Assembly (NCBI GenBank): GCA_002269645.1
Contig: NIVC01002250.1
Coordinates: 1 to 64,000, forward strand
Direction of reading: 5' to 3'
Source of the DNA: Macrostomum lignano
Lineage: Eukaryota
Length of the DNA: 64,000 nt
This document shows positions 37,131 to 54,380 of this stretch, in pieces. How positions within the stretch are numbered: the stretch's first letter is position 1; every line of letters starts with the position of its first letter. The notes beneath the pieces are model-generated. The model did no database searches and was not told the origin of the DNA. It worked only from the letters and a program-made list of their open reading frames with translations. The translations under genes were made by a program, and so were the position numbers.

Positions 37131-38004
37131 TCTCCCACTTTCTCTCCCAGTGATTTCAACGTTGTAGCTGATTGGGCAGGGACTGCAGCTGTCTCTCCCT
37201 CTCCATCTCTCTCAAACTCTTGCTCTCCCTTTTGCTCATCAGATGGCCAGAGTCCTCAAGCAATCGACGGTTTCTCTTCTTCATTCTCATTTTCCTTATC
37301 CGACTTTGCTCGCATGCAACCTGGTTGCCGAAACGTTTGTCTCGGCATTTCTATTTTATCAGCAGAATCAAGCTTCATCAAGGTGTAGGAATGAGCTCAT
37401 TATCCGAGACAGACAAAGACCACCAGCTAGAATTTTTTCTAAAAACAAAGACCATGTTCGCTTGGACAATTAGAAAATCCCTTTAGGCGAGAAGTTATAA
37501 CAAAAAACCAAAAGGTTAAGAATGAAACATCTTGCAAGAAAAAACAAGGCAAGGAAATTCGATGAAGCCGAGGAGAGAAACAGGAACAAAGACCAGCCTC
37601 TGTAGGTGACATCGGGTACTTGAGTGTCACTTCTTTATGAAACTTAAGGAGAGAAAAACCGGCTGCATTAGCATGAAGAGGCTGAGATGGGTTCCTCATC
37701 AGTCCTGCCATCTCGCTTTGCAAGGTGACACGTGGCACTCCGACAGGCAGCTCAATGGGGCCGACTCATGAACTGCAGGGCTTGCTAGATTGATAGCTGA
37801 TAGATTAAAGACGATTATTTATTAAGATTTTTGAGCTGCGCTGTACAGGGGGGAGGGGAGGAACAGATTTATTTAATCCGCGGTAGGCATCAAATTTTTA
37901 CTCACTGATTTACGGCAATCGAAGATTGATGCTGGGGGGCTGGCGGCGAGTGAGATTTTGGAAGGTGGAAGTAGCGATTGCAGAGCGGGGGAGATACACG
38001 TCAG

Positions 38005-39130
<1,126 letters not shown>

Positions 39131-39584
39131 GAGTCACCCAGGGAGACGCAGCAGAGATGAAGAGGGCAGCAAAGTGCTCAAACAGGATCATGGGATTAAG
39201 CATCGAGCCAGAGGACACTCCCAGGACTCGCCAGTCTCCATTATTTGCGCTCAATTTCATATTTAGATATTTTCTTAAGGCATCGAATAACTGGGGCCCC
39301 GAGATGATTGCGTCACGATTCAGCCTCGTCCGTCATCTCGACGACCTACCCCCCACCCAGCTGCTTAGCTCGAAGCTGGTTCGAACTCGGGGGTGGGGAC
39401 AAAAATTGTCTGTCAAAATCTCCCGCCCTGGCAAACACAGCTGCGGCCCGGTTTCTGGGACGGAAACGGCTCTGACGTGTGGGGCCGGATGCTAAACTCA
39501 CCGCTGGGCTTATGACTGCCTGCGATTATCTGCCTGTGTCAGCTGCCGAAACTGAAGAGTGTTAAGGTTGCTTAAGTAATTGGT

Positions 39585-40100
<516 letters not shown>

Positions 40101-40759
40101 AAAGCGTGTCAGCCTGTCAAACCTAATGTTATCTAAGCCTTTCCCCACAATTGCACTCGTTGCCACTCATTCGCGTTATTAAGGCAGGAGAGTGACAGCA
40201 GCAGCCCCACAGGATCCTCGGATGCGAAACTTCGCTGTGAGAGCAAAAATAAGCGGCGCTGCTTCAACGGAGAGGGCGAGAGCGCAGTCGAGGGCCCGGC
40301 CAGTCAGGGCCAATGGCGATAATGCACAGCAGCAATGTTTGAGCTGCCAAAACTGACTGAGACAGGCGGGGGGGGGGTCGCCCCACTTACTCGAGTTCCT
40401 TCTTCTTCTAAAATGGCTCCTCCTAATATAAGCTCCCTCCAGCCACTGCCACTACACCTCTGCTCCCATACTTGACGGGTGTCAGCTCAGAGGCCCGCTG
40501 CTGCCTATTCTGCGGCTATTTGGGCTAAAATGGGGAATATTATTTTCGAGTGCGGCCGCGTGCTGGGCGGAACCCCCCCCCCCAACCGGGGTTCCAGTCG
40601 TCGGTAGGCGTGGCTCTTTCCAATTCTCGCCTAGTCAAGGAGATCGTCAACCAGAGTCTGGGGAGAGCCAATTCCCCCCGGACCCTAAAGATGCCAGTTT
40701 GACAGAGCCTTCGGCGGCATTGTGGTCCCGCAGCCAGCGCTAAAGCGCTAAAGACACTA

Positions 40760-40810
<51 letters not shown>

Positions 40811-41294
40811 AAGACTTTCTATCCCAGCAACTTTTTTGCGTCTTGAAATCACGGAGTTCGTGATAGAGCCGATGGCACTCCGGACTCTGGCTGGCGGTCT
40901 CCTTGCACTGGGGGTGGAAGGCCCCAGCCAGAAAATATTCCCCTTCTCAAGTGCTTTCGGGCCTGGGAAGTGAATAAAGCGGGACTGTGGGCGGAGAGAG
41001 GCCTGAGTGCGCCGCTAAATAGGAAGTGGGTCGATCTGAGATGCCTCAGGGGCAGCCTGGATTCGAGGGGAGTGGCCCAAACTATTATGGCACACCTCAA
41101 CCCTTCTAAACACCTTTATGACGTCAACAAACAGTGACACGGTTCCGGCTCCTTCCCTCCGCACCACTCAACACTCAACTCCTCTTTTGCTTCACTATTT
41201 GGCAGCCCCCACTCAGCTGCGTTTGACAGAAAATGAATGAAATCTCCAGGGCGAAAACTGCCTTCCCTCTGAAAGCTGGGGGAAAAGACACCGA

Positions 41295-41650
41295 AGACAG
41301 TAAAAACTTCAGAAGACAGTCAGAGGAACTTAAGAAGACAGTCAGAAGAACTTAAGAAGACAGTCAGAAGAACTTAAGAAGACAGTCAGAAGAACTTAAG
41401 AAGACAGCAAAAACCTCAAAAGACAGTCAGAAGAACGTCAGAACAGTCAGAAGAACTTAAAAAGACAGCAAGAACCTCAGAACAGTTAGAAGAACCTCAG
41501 AAGACAGCAAAAACCTCAGAAGACAGTCAGAAGAACTTCAGAAGACAGCAAGAACCTCAGAAGAAGCCAGAAGAACCTCAGATAAAGAACCTCACATGAA
41601 GAATCTCAGATGAAGAACCTCAGATGAAGAACCTCAGATGAAGAACAAGA
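41295..41650. repeat. Degenerate A/G-rich repeat (AGAAGACAGTCAGAAGAACTT)
   Basis: Read directly. Confidence 0.8.
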
Positions 41651-42368
41651 CAAAGCAAAAGCAGAAGTCAGCAGTCTCCTAGCTATGCTAACCCGAAAAA
41701 CTCCAAAAGACGGCCTGAGTCTCTTTGCTTTCAAAAAAATCTTTAAGGGCTCAACTCAAAATTTGGACCGTCACCCCAGCCTCTGACTCAGCGGCTCGAG
41801 AACTACTCTCTGAGTGGGAGCCTCATCTCTTCACATCTGACAGGGGACTGAATTTGGGCTCTCGCTTCAGTTTGAAATTATTTTTGTTTATCCAGGCCGA
41901 CACTGGGAAAACAAGTTTTGACAGGGCGCGCTGTCGCCCCCCCCCGCTCTTCCGTCTGAGTTTCCTTCTTCTCTGGTGAATCAGTTTCTCAGATCTGATG
42001 CAGCTTAAGTTAGCGAACAGTAGGAATAACCTTGAAGCCTCTAACTACAGCATCAGGTACATTCCAGAGTCAGTGGGTGTTACTAAGGCCTAAGAAGATT
42101 CCACAGGAAATTTGAGTCTGCAAATTGTTTTCCTAATTAAATAATTAATGAGATATCTCCTCCAACAAATTTCTTCCGAAAACTCAGAAAGGACGAATGA
42201 GGTCGTGAATAATGACCTGCGCTTGGGGTTCGTTAGCAGAACAGCTCAAATTACCTGCACGCTAAAACTAACTGTGACCTGCTGGAACCCGACTACTGGG
42301 TATCGAATTCTTCGTGAAATTATGCAAAACGAAGCGTTTTCTCTAATGACCTCTTATTCGATTAAAAT

Positions 42369-43587
<1,219 letters not shown>

Positions 43588-44369
43588 CCCGGAGGCAATA
43601 AATCTCGCAGTCAGATAATTAGCAGGTGATTCAGTCCCACAGACCAGCAATGCAGATAATTAGGCAAGCCAAGTGTTGATTTCTGACTATTCTAAAGAAG
43701 CAGAAACGCATCTGTCTGGGCCGGTCCTTGTCCCCCCCCCTGGTTGGCCATAGCGGAGCCTCGCCAACTGTTGCATCACAGGCTCCGCCATCCAGTCTAG
43801 GAGGAATAATCCAGAGAGTGTGGGAGACAGAAAGTCAGTTGTAAAAAATGCCATTTCTTGTTGCTAAGTCGATCGGGGCTTCCTTTTTTCTCTCGCTTCC
43901 CCAGCTTCAAGCAGGGCGCGGCGACCTCAGCTTGTTAAGCTACAGGCCTGGGCAAAGCTCCGAATTTCGTGGGAAAAGACGCGGGAAGAAAGAAAAGTTT
44001 CAAAGTCTGCTGCTTCAAGCTGGCCAAGAAATGGAATTAAAAGCAGAGAAGCAAAGAGTAATCGGTTATTCCACCTGCCGGTCAGCTGCTGACGGGGTCA
44101 GTTGGTGCATTACCGGCACCGGATTATCGAGTGGAAACTCGAAAGCACAGAGCAAGGTTCAAATGGCGGTTTGGGATTCTTTGAATCCGAAGCAGGGCAT
44201 GCTGGAATGGCTCTCCGGCTGCATGGGTGGCCAGCTTCTTGCCCAAGGACCGCTACAGGTCTGGACGGACAAGGGCTGCGTTTCTTCGAATAATTACATT
44301 TAAAGGCTCGCGTTTGCAGCAAAAATGCGCTAAAATACACTTGTTTTCTGCTAACTTCAAGGCTAAAGC

Positions 44370-46685
44370 TATAGAATCTTCACAAACTATGGAATCTTCA
44401 CAAACTATAGAATCTTCACAAACTATGGAATCTTCACAAACTATAGAATCTTCACAAACTATGGAATCTTCACAAACTATAGAATCTTCACAAACTATGG
44501 AATCTTCACAAACTATGGAATCTTCACAAACTATGGAATCTTCACAGACTATGGAATCTTCACAAACTATAGAATTTTCACAAACTATAGAATCTTCACA
44601 AACTATGGAATCTTCACAAACTATGGAATCTTCACAAACTATGGAATCTTCACAAACTATGGAATCTTCACAAACTATAGAATCTTCACAAACTATGGAA
44701 TCTTCACAAACTATGGAATCTTCACAAACTATAGAATCTTCACAAACTATAGAATCTTCACAAACTATGGAATCTTCACAAACTATGGAATCTTCACAAA
44801 CTATGGAATCTTCACAAACTATGGAATCTTCACAAACTATAGAATCTTCACAAACTATGGAATCTTCACAAACTATGGAATCTTCACAAACTATAGAATC
44901 TTCACAAACTATAGAATTTTCACAAACTATGGAATCTTCACAAACTATGGAATCTTCACAAACTATGGAATCTTCACAAACTATGGAATCTTCACAAACT
45001 ATGGAATCTTCACAAACTATAGAATCTTCACAAACTATGGAATCTTCACAAACTATAGAATCTTCACAAACTATGGAATCTTCACAAACTATAGAATCTT
45101 CACAAACTATGGAATCTTCACAAACTATGGAATCTTCACAAACTATAGAATCTTCACAAACTATAGAATCTTCACAAACTATGGAATCTTCACAAACTAT
45201 GGAATCTTCACAAACTATGGAATCTTCACAAACTATGGAATCTTCACAAACTATAGAATCTTCACAAACTATGGAATCTTCACAAACTATGGAATCTTCA
45301 CAAACTATAGAATCTTCACAAACTATAGAATCTTCACAAACTATGGAATCTTCACAAACTATGGAATCTTCACAAACTATGGAATCTTCACAAACTATAG
45401 AATCTTCACAAACTATGGAATCTTCACAAACTATGGAATCTTCACAAACTATAGAATCTTCACAAACTATAGAATTTCACAAACTATGGAATCTTCACAA
45501 ACTATGGAATCTTCACAAACTATGGAATCTTCACAAACTATAGAATCTTCACAAACTATAGAATCTTCACAAACTATAGAATTTTCACAAACTATGGAAT
45601 CTTCACAAACTATGGAATCTTCACAAACTATAGAATCTTCACAAACTATGGAATCTTCACAAACTATGGAATCTTCACAAACTATGGAATCTTCACAAAC
45701 TATAGAATCTTCACAAACTATGGAATCTTCACAAACTATAGAATCTTCACAAACTATGGAATCTTCACAAACTATGGAATCTTCACAAACTATAGAATCT
45801 TCACAAACTATAGAATCTTCACAAACTATGGAATCTTCACAAACTATGGAATCTTCACAAACTATGGAATCTTCACAAACTATGGAATCTTCACAATCTA
45901 TAGAATCTTCACAAACTATAGAATCTTCACAAACTATAGAATCTTCACAAACTATAGAATCTTCACAAACTATATACAATCTTCACAAACTATAGAATCT
46001 TCACAAACTATAGAATCTTCACAAACTATAGAATTTTCACAAACTATGGAATCTTCACAAACTATATAGAATCTTCACAAACTATAGAATCTTCACAAAC
46101 TATGGAATCTTCACAAACTATATAGAATCTTCACAAACTATAGAATCTTCACAAACTATAGAATCTTCACAAACTATATACAATCTTCACAAACTATAGA
46201 ATCTTCACAAACTATACAATCTTCACAAACTATACAATCTTCACAAACTATACAATCTTCACAAACTATACAATCTTCACAAACTATATAGAATCTTCAC
46301 AAACTATACAATCTTCACAAACTATAGAATCTTCACAAACTATAGAATCTTCACAAACTATACAATCTTCACAAACTATAGAATCTTCACAAACTATATA
46401 GAATCTTCACAAACTATGGAATCTTCACAAACTATAGAATCTTCACAAACTATAGAATCTTCACAAACTATGGAATCTTCACAAACTATGGAATCTTCAC
46501 AAACTATGGAATCTTCACAAACTATACAATCTTCACAAACTATATACAATCTTCACAAACTATGGAATCTTCACAAACTATACAGTCTTCACAAACTATA
46601 TACAATCTTCACAAACTATAGAATCTTCACAAACTATAGAATCTTCACAAACTATAGAATCTTCACAAACTATAGAATCTTCACA
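44370..46685. repeat. 18-bp minisatellite (AATCTTCACAAACTATGG/AG)
   Basis: More than 120 copies; 6-aa ESSQTM repeat in the ORF track. Confidence 0.96.
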
Positions 46686-47114
46686 GGCTTCACAAGAAAT
46701 ACAAGCCAGCTGCAATACAAGAAAGAGAGTCTGGCACGCTATTTCAGCTCCATCTGATCGAAGCGGCACCGAACCGAACCGAAATCGGGGTCTTGGTGTC
46801 GGAAATCCCATCAAGGTTCGGTCTGCCAACCCCCAGGCACTTTCTGTTTCAATAAAAATATATAGGATCTTCTTCCACAATTTCACTATTGACACTTTCG
46901 CTTGTTCGCTCATTCCATTGATTGATTTTCCACAAGGCCTTTCTCTGTTCCCCGAGTTCGCTTGATTGCGTCAAAATCCTGTCCAGGATGAAAGGAGATG
47001 AGCTGCTGGGGACAGAAGGAACACAGACTGAAGTGAGGACTTGCTATTGAACTGGGAGCACATTATGAGATTGGTTCTATGTGGTGACATTATGTTCCAC
47101 CTTACTAGCTCGTG

Positions 47115-50100
47115 CATCAGTATGGTAACACTTTGTCCCACACTGCTACACAAGTATGGTAACACTATCCCACACTGCTGCACCAGTATGGTAGCACTCT
47201 GTCCCACACTGCTACACAAGTATGGTAACACTCTATCCCACACTGCTGCACCAGTATGGTAGCACTCTGTCCCACACTGCTACACCAGTATGGTAGCACT
47301 CTGTCCCACACTGCTACACCAGTATGGTAGCACTCTGTCCCACACTGCTACACCAGTATGGTAGCACTCTGTCCCACACTGCTACACCAGTATGGTAGCA
47401 CTCTGTCCCACACTGCTACACCAGTATGGTAGCACTCTGTCCCACACTGCTACACCAGTATGGTAGCACTCTGTCCCACACTGCTACACCAGTATGGTAG
47501 CACTCTGTCCCACACTGCTACACAAGTATGGTAACACTATCCCACACTGCTGCACCAGTATGGTAGCACTCTGTCCCACACTGCTACACAAGTATGGTAA
47601 CACTCTATCCCACACTGCTGCACCAGTATGGTAGCACTCTGTCCCACACTGCTACACCAGTATGGTAGCACTCTGTCCCACACTGCTACACCAGTATGGT
47701 AGCACTCTGTCCCACACTGCTACACCAGTATGGTAGCACTCTGTCCCACACTGCTACACCAGTATGGTAGCACTCTGTCCCACACTGCTACACCAGTATG
47801 GTAGCACTCTGTCCCACACTGCTACACCAGTATGGTAGCACTCTGTCCCACACTGCTACACCAGTATGGTAGCACTCTGTCCCACACTGCTACACCAGTA
47901 TGGTAACACTCTGTCCCACACTGCTACACCAGTATGGTAGCACTCTGTCCCACACTGCTACACCAGTATGGTAACACTCTGTCCCACACTGCTACACCAG
48001 TATGGTAGCACTCTGTCCCACACTGCTGCACAAGTAAGTAACACTCTATCCCACACTGCTACACCAGTATGGTAACACTCTGTCCCACACTGCTGCACAA
48101 GTATGGTAACACTCTATCCCACACTGCTACACCAGTATGGTAACACTCTGTCCCACACTGCTACACCAGTATGGTAACACTCTGTCCCACACTGCTACAC
48201 CAGTATGGTAGCACTCTGTCCCACACTGCTGCACAAGTATGTAACACTCTATCCCACACTGCTGCACAAGTATGTAACACTCTGTCCCACACTGCTGCAC
48301 AAGTATGTAACACTCTGTCCCACACTGCTACACCAGTATGGTAACACTCTGTCCCACACTGCTACACCAGTATGGTAGCACTCTGTCCCACACTGCTGCA
48401 CAAGTATGTAACACTCTATCCCACACTGCTGCACAAGTATGTAACACTCTGTCCCACACTGCTGCACAAGTATGTAACACTCTGTCCCACACTGCTGCAC
48501 AAGTATGTAACACTCTGTCCCACACTGCTGCACAAGTATGTAACACTCTATCCCACACTGCTGCACAAGTATGTAACACTCTGTCCCACACTGCTGCACA
48601 AGTATGTAACACTCTGTCCCACACTGCTGCACAAGTATGTAACACTCTGTCCCACACTGCTACACCAGTATGTAACACTCTGTCCCACACTGCTGCACAA
48701 GTATGTAACACTCTGTCCCACACTGCTGCACAAGTATGTAACACTCTGTCCCACACTGCTACACCAGTATGTAACACTCTGTCCCACACTGCTGCACAAG
48801 TATGTAACACTCTGTCCCACACTGCTACACCAGTATGTAACACTCTGTCCCACACTGCTGCACAAGTATGTAACACTCTGTCCCACACTGCTGCACAAGT
48901 ATGTAACACTCTGTCCCACACTGCTGCACAAGTATGTAACACTCTGTCCCACACTGCTACACCAGTATGGTAACACTCTGTCCCACACTGCTACACCAGT
49001 ATGGTAGCACTCTGTCCCACACTGCTGCACAAGTATGTAACACTCTATCCCACACTGCTGCACAAGTATGTAACACTCTGTCCCACACTGCTGCACAAGT
49101 ATGTAACACTCTGTCCCACACTGCTGCACAAGTATGTAACACTCTGTCCCACACTGCTGCACAAGTATGTAACACTCTATCCCACACTGCTGCACAAGTA
49201 TGTAACACTCTGTCCCACACTGCTGCACAAGTATGTAACACTCTGTCCCACACTGCTGCACAAGTATGTAACACTCTGTCCCACACTGCTACACCAGTAT
49301 GTAACACTCTGTCCCACACTGCTGCACAAGTATGTAACACTCTGTCCCACACTGCTGCACAAGTATGTAACACTCTGTCCCACACTGCTACACCAGTATG
49401 TAACACTCTGTCCCACACTGCTGCACAAGTATGTAACACTCTGTCCCACACTGCTGCACAAGTATGTAACACTCTGTCCCACACTGCTACACAAGTATGT
49501 AACACTCTGTCCCACACTGCTGCACAAGTATGTAACACTCTGTCCCACACTGCTACACCAGTATGGTAACACTCTGTCCCACACTGCTACACCAGTATGG
49601 TAGCACTCTGTCCCACACTGCTGCACAAGTATGTAACACTCTATCCCACACTGCTGCACAAGTATGTAACACTCTGTCCCACACTGCTGCACAAGTATGT
49701 AACACTCTGTCCCACACTGCTGCACAAGTATGTAACACTCTGTCCCACACTGCTGCACAAGTATGTAACACTCTGTCCCACACTGCTACACCAGTATGTA
49801 ACACTCTGTCCCACACTGCTGCACAAGTATGTAACACTCTGTCCCACACTGCTGCACAAGTATGTAACACTCTGTCCCACACTGCTACACCAGTATGTAA
49901 CACTCTGTCCCACACTGCTGCACAAGTATGTAACACTCTGTCCCACACTGCTGCACAAGTATGTAACACTCTGTCCCACACTGCTACACCAGTATGGTAG
50001 CACTCTGTCCCACACTGCTGCACAAGTATGTAACACTCTGTCCCACACTGCTGCACAAGTATGTAACACTCTGTCCCACACTGCTGCACAAGTATGTAAC

Positions 50101-51185
50101 ACTCTGTCCCACACTGCTGCACAAGTATGTAACACTCTGTCCCACACTGCTGCACAAGTATGTAACACACTATCCCACACTGCTACTCCAGTATGGTAAC
50201 ACTCTATCCCACACTGCTGCACAAGTATGTAACACTCTGTCCCACACTGCTGCACAAGTATGTAACACTCTATCCCACACTGCTACACCAGTATGGTAAC
50301 ACTCTATCCCACACTGCTGCACAAGTATGTAACACTCTATCCCACACTGCTGCACAAGTATGGTAACACTCTGTCCCACACTGCTGCACAAGTATGTAAC
50401 ACTCTGTCCCACACTGCTGCACAAGTATGTAACACTCTATCCCACACTGCTACACCAGTATGGTAACACTCTATCCCACACTGCTGCACAAGTATGTAAC
50501 ACTCTATCCCACACTGCTGCACAAGTATGTAACACTCTATCCCACACTGCTGCACAAGTATGTAACACTCTGTCCCACACTGCTGCACAAGTATGTAACA
50601 CTCTATCCCACACTGCTGCACAAGTATGTAACACTCTGTCCCACACTGCTGCACAAGTATGTAACACTCTATCCCACACTGCTGCACAAGTATGTAACAC
50701 TCTGTCCCACACTGCTGCACAAGTATGTAACACTCTATCCCACACTGCTGCACAAGTATGTAACACTCTGTCCCACACTGCTGCACAAGTATGTAACACT
50801 CTATCCCACACTGCTACACCAGTATGGTAACACTCTATCCCACACTGCTGCACAAGTATGTAACACTCTATCCCACACTGCTGCACAAGTATGTAACACT
50901 CTATCCCACACTGCTGCACAAGTATGTAACACTCTGTCCCACACTGCTGCACAAGTATGTAACACTCTATCCCACACTGCTGCACAAGTATGTAACACTC
51001 TGTCCCACACTGCTGCACAAGTATGTAACACTCTATCCCACACTGCTGCACAAGTATGTAACACTCTGTCCCACACTGCTGCACAAGTATGTAACACTCT
51101 ATCCCACACTGCTGCACAAGTATGTAACACTCTGTCCCACACTGCTGCACAAGTATGTAACACTCTATCCCACACTGCTGCACCA
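47115..51185. repeat. 33/34-bp satellite (GTATGTAACACTCTGTCCCACACTGCTGCACAA) with higher-order blocks
   Basis: About 4 kb; 11-aa repeats in the ORF track. Confidence 0.96.
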
Positions 51186-51969
51186 CTCATCAAACTGATA
51201 ATTCAAAATTATCTCAGAAACCGGAATTGGATGCTGAAAATAAATTTAAAAAATGATGTGGATGTTTTGAAGAAAAAAATCACTGATTTTATCATTTTGC
51301 GACTCACAGAGTTTGAGACTGACTGCTGGCACGCATCATTTATTGAATACAATAAATAAGATACAACAAACAAATCTCATTCAGTCTCATGGTCACTGCG
51401 AATGCATGCCGAGAATCTCTCCAGTCATCATTGTATTCTGAAACTTGTTTCGATACAATCTTTGTTCAGCTTCAATTGTTGGCTCACGCAAAACGTGCAG
51501 TCGGTTGGTTGTTTGGTTCATAAAAAGTTCTACTTTTAATCCACGCAGCTTAATGGGTTTGCGTGCCTAAGCTCCTGATTCACATCCGAGTGGCCTGGCT
51601 GACTCAAATAGGTCTCAGACAAACTCATTATAGAATCCACTGCTCAGGAGGGAGTCTGTCTGCTTAGCGTTTTGATAATGTTACATTTTTCTTATATTGA
51701 TTTGTTAATTAATTTCTACTTGGCACGAACGCTGCAAGTTTTGTTGTATTTTTGCATGCATTCTTTCGCTGCGCAGCACCTGTTGAAATGGGAATAATGA
51801 TAATCAAATAGACATGGGAGCGCTTGGGAGGGAGTGGGTGCTAGGGTTGAGCAACTGGCAAAACAGTTTTAATGACTATGTAAAATAAATTTGTAATTAG
51901 TTAGCCAACCAACCGAAAGGTACCTGATCTAAAATCTCGCCCGGACCTTCGGGACATTCCCGTTCTGGG

Positions 51970-52320
51970 AGGGGGAGGGGGAGAGTGAGGGTGAGAGTGA
52001 GGGTGAGAGTGAGGGGGAGAGTGAGGGTGAGAGTGAGGGTGAGAGTGAGGGTTAGAGTGAGAGTGAGGGTGAGACAAAGGGAAAGTGAAGGTGAGAGTGA
52101 GGGTGAGAGTGATGTTGAGAGTAAGGGAGAGTGAGGGACAGAGTGAGAGTGAGGGTGAGAGCAAGGCTTAGAGTGAGAGTGAGGGTGAGAGTAAGGGAGA
52201 GTGAGGGTGAGAGTGATAAAAGTGATAAAAAGTGAGGTAGAGAGTATGAAGTGAGAGAGAGAGGGAGGGTGAGAGTGAAGTAGAGTGGGAAATGGGGATG
52301 CAGAGAGAGGTGGGAGAGTG
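51970..52320. repeat. GA-rich 12-bp repeat (GAGAGTGAGGGT)
   Basis: Read directly. Confidence 0.8.
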
Positions 52321-52724
52321 CAGTGGCCTATCCCAGGATCCATAGCGCAGTCAACACGGCAATGATTTATTGCATAGTGCCGCTAGTTCGCGCCTGCGCA
52401 GATGACCCGCACTGATAAAGAGGTCGGTCGCAGAAATGACAGCCGAAGCAAGTGCCTGTCACAGGCACAGCCACCCCCCCCCCCCGATGCACTGCTGCAG
52501 CCTGTGCGGCCTCCCACCAAACAGAAACACTGGCCGTGCGGTCTCTGGGACCTGCACGTTCGAGGGATGAAGTCGGCACTCTATTCTCCCGATTGGCAAA
52601 CCCCCCCACCCCCCTGTTTACTCTGCGTGTCAATCTCGCGATTTCCCGTTTCGTTTTCTTATAGTTTCGGTTCTAGTTTGAAAATAAATATATAACTCTC
52701 TGCTGCAGTGAAACTTCTGAGGCG

Positions 52725-53100
52725 CCGCCGCCACTCTGATCCTTCAGTGGGAATCCGCCTCCTCTCTGATCCTTCAGTGGGAATCCGCCCCTCTGATCAT
52801 TCAGTGGGAATCCGCCCCCTCTCTGATCCTTCAGTGGGAATCCGCCCCTCTGATCATTCAGTGGGAATCCGCCCCCTCTCTGATCCTTCAGTGGGAATCC
52901 GCCCCCCTCTGATCATTCAGTGGGAATCCGCCCCCTCTCTGATCCTTCAGTGGGAATCCGCCCCCCTCTGATCATTCAGTGGGAATCCGCCTCCTCTCTG
53001 ATCCTTCAGTGGGAATCCGCCCCCCTCTGATCATTCAGTGGGAATCCGCCCCCTCTGATCATTCAGTGGGAATCCGCACCCCCCCCCCCTGATGCTTCAG
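52725..53100. repeat. ~30-bp minisatellite (CTCTGATCCTTCAGTGGGAATCCGCCCC)
   Basis: About 12 copies, alternating CCTT/CATT variants. Confidence 0.9.
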
Positions 53101-53931
53101 TGAAAGAAGAAATCTCTGACTTCAAAGAAGATGGTACAGGATAAAGTGTGACAAAATTCTTTTTTGCATGGCAACACGGCCTCGGAGATCCCAGATGAGA
53201 TAACTAAAAAAGCCTTGCATTCTTCTGCATCGTAGAGAGACTTCGACCTGGAATATTTTATGTCACCAATATGCTACACTAAGAATTAATTAATACTTTC
53301 CCAAAATGTACCGAAACTCCTACATAAAAGTGCCTTTTCGATGCATATCGGATTATTAGGGAGCCAGGCAAATAACTAACTTGAAAAAAGACACAACGGG
53401 TTTAAAGCCAGGCTTATCTGGACGTCGATCAGATAAACCCTTGCCATTACAAAACGCTGTTACGTCACCCTCCAACTTGACTTGGCAGTCACTAGGCAAT
53501 TTTTTTCACGACTTCGCGCAGATGCATCACCCGCCACTCAGTTTCCTAAAAATATTTTTTTCTCAAGATTTACTACTTATAAACTAAATATAATTAGTAT
53601 GACGCAAATATACAGGGAAATAATATAAATGGATAGGTGTACAAATATTCACAATTTAGCTTATCTAACCGCGGTCAATTCTGCTTAACTTGAATCTCTA
53701 GCCAATTCCCTTACATAAAGCAAGTGTTCATCCACCAATATTACAGTTTATTATAATAAAAAGATCTTTACAATCGAAACAATTATAACAATTGAATACA
53801 GGTACGCGTGCATCGAGCGGACCTGGAGTCAAATCATGTACGATTCTGTCAACCTGTCATTCAAGTTCTGAATTTCGACACTTTGCACAGCTGAATTCAT
53901 TCTCTCTTAAAGTCCTTGCAGCGACCTCAGG

Positions 53932-53991
53932 TCACTCTTCATCGCTGTCCGGCCCAGCGAAGATCGGGTTGGACACCTCGAGACCGCTGGT
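53932..53991 (-). CDS. Unidentified single-pass membrane protein, terminal exon
   Basis: CCCCAG acceptor, TSGLEVSNPIFAGPDSDEE then TGA, phase 0. AATAAA on the minus strand at 53752-53747. Confidence 0.7.
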   Translation of the reverse strand, partial: TSGLEVSNPIFAGPDSDEE

Positions 53992-54258
53992 CTGGGGAGG
54001 GGGGCTGGGTGGCTTATTGAGGCTGCCCTATCTCTCATTTCTCCCCATATCTCCCTTTTCTCCCTCTCTCTCTACATTTTCCCCCCCTCTCTCCCTTTTC
54101 TCCCCCTCTCTCCCTTCTCTCCCTCTCCCTCCCTTTCCTTTCTCTATCTCTCGTCCTCTCTTTTTTTCTTCATCTATCCTCTCTAAACTACCTTTCTTCT
54201 CCCATTCTGTTTGAAATCTCTCCCAGATCTCCACCCTAAAAAATTGGCAGTCACTCAC

Positions 54259-54343
54259 AGACGCGAGTCCGGGACAGCCGTAGATGTTGGAGTCCTCCTG
54301 GTCCGAGTCAGCCTCTTGGATGGGCGACTTAGAGGGGCCGCTT
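54259..54343 (-). CDS. Single-pass membrane protein, cytoplasmic exon
   Basis: Pyrimidine-rich CCAG acceptor and GTGAGT donor. SGPSKSPIQEADSDQEDSNIYGCPGLAS, phase 2 to 0. Confidence 0.72.
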
Positions 54344-54380
54344 CTGGTATGAAAGAGAATGGGAAATATTGCTGCTGGAA

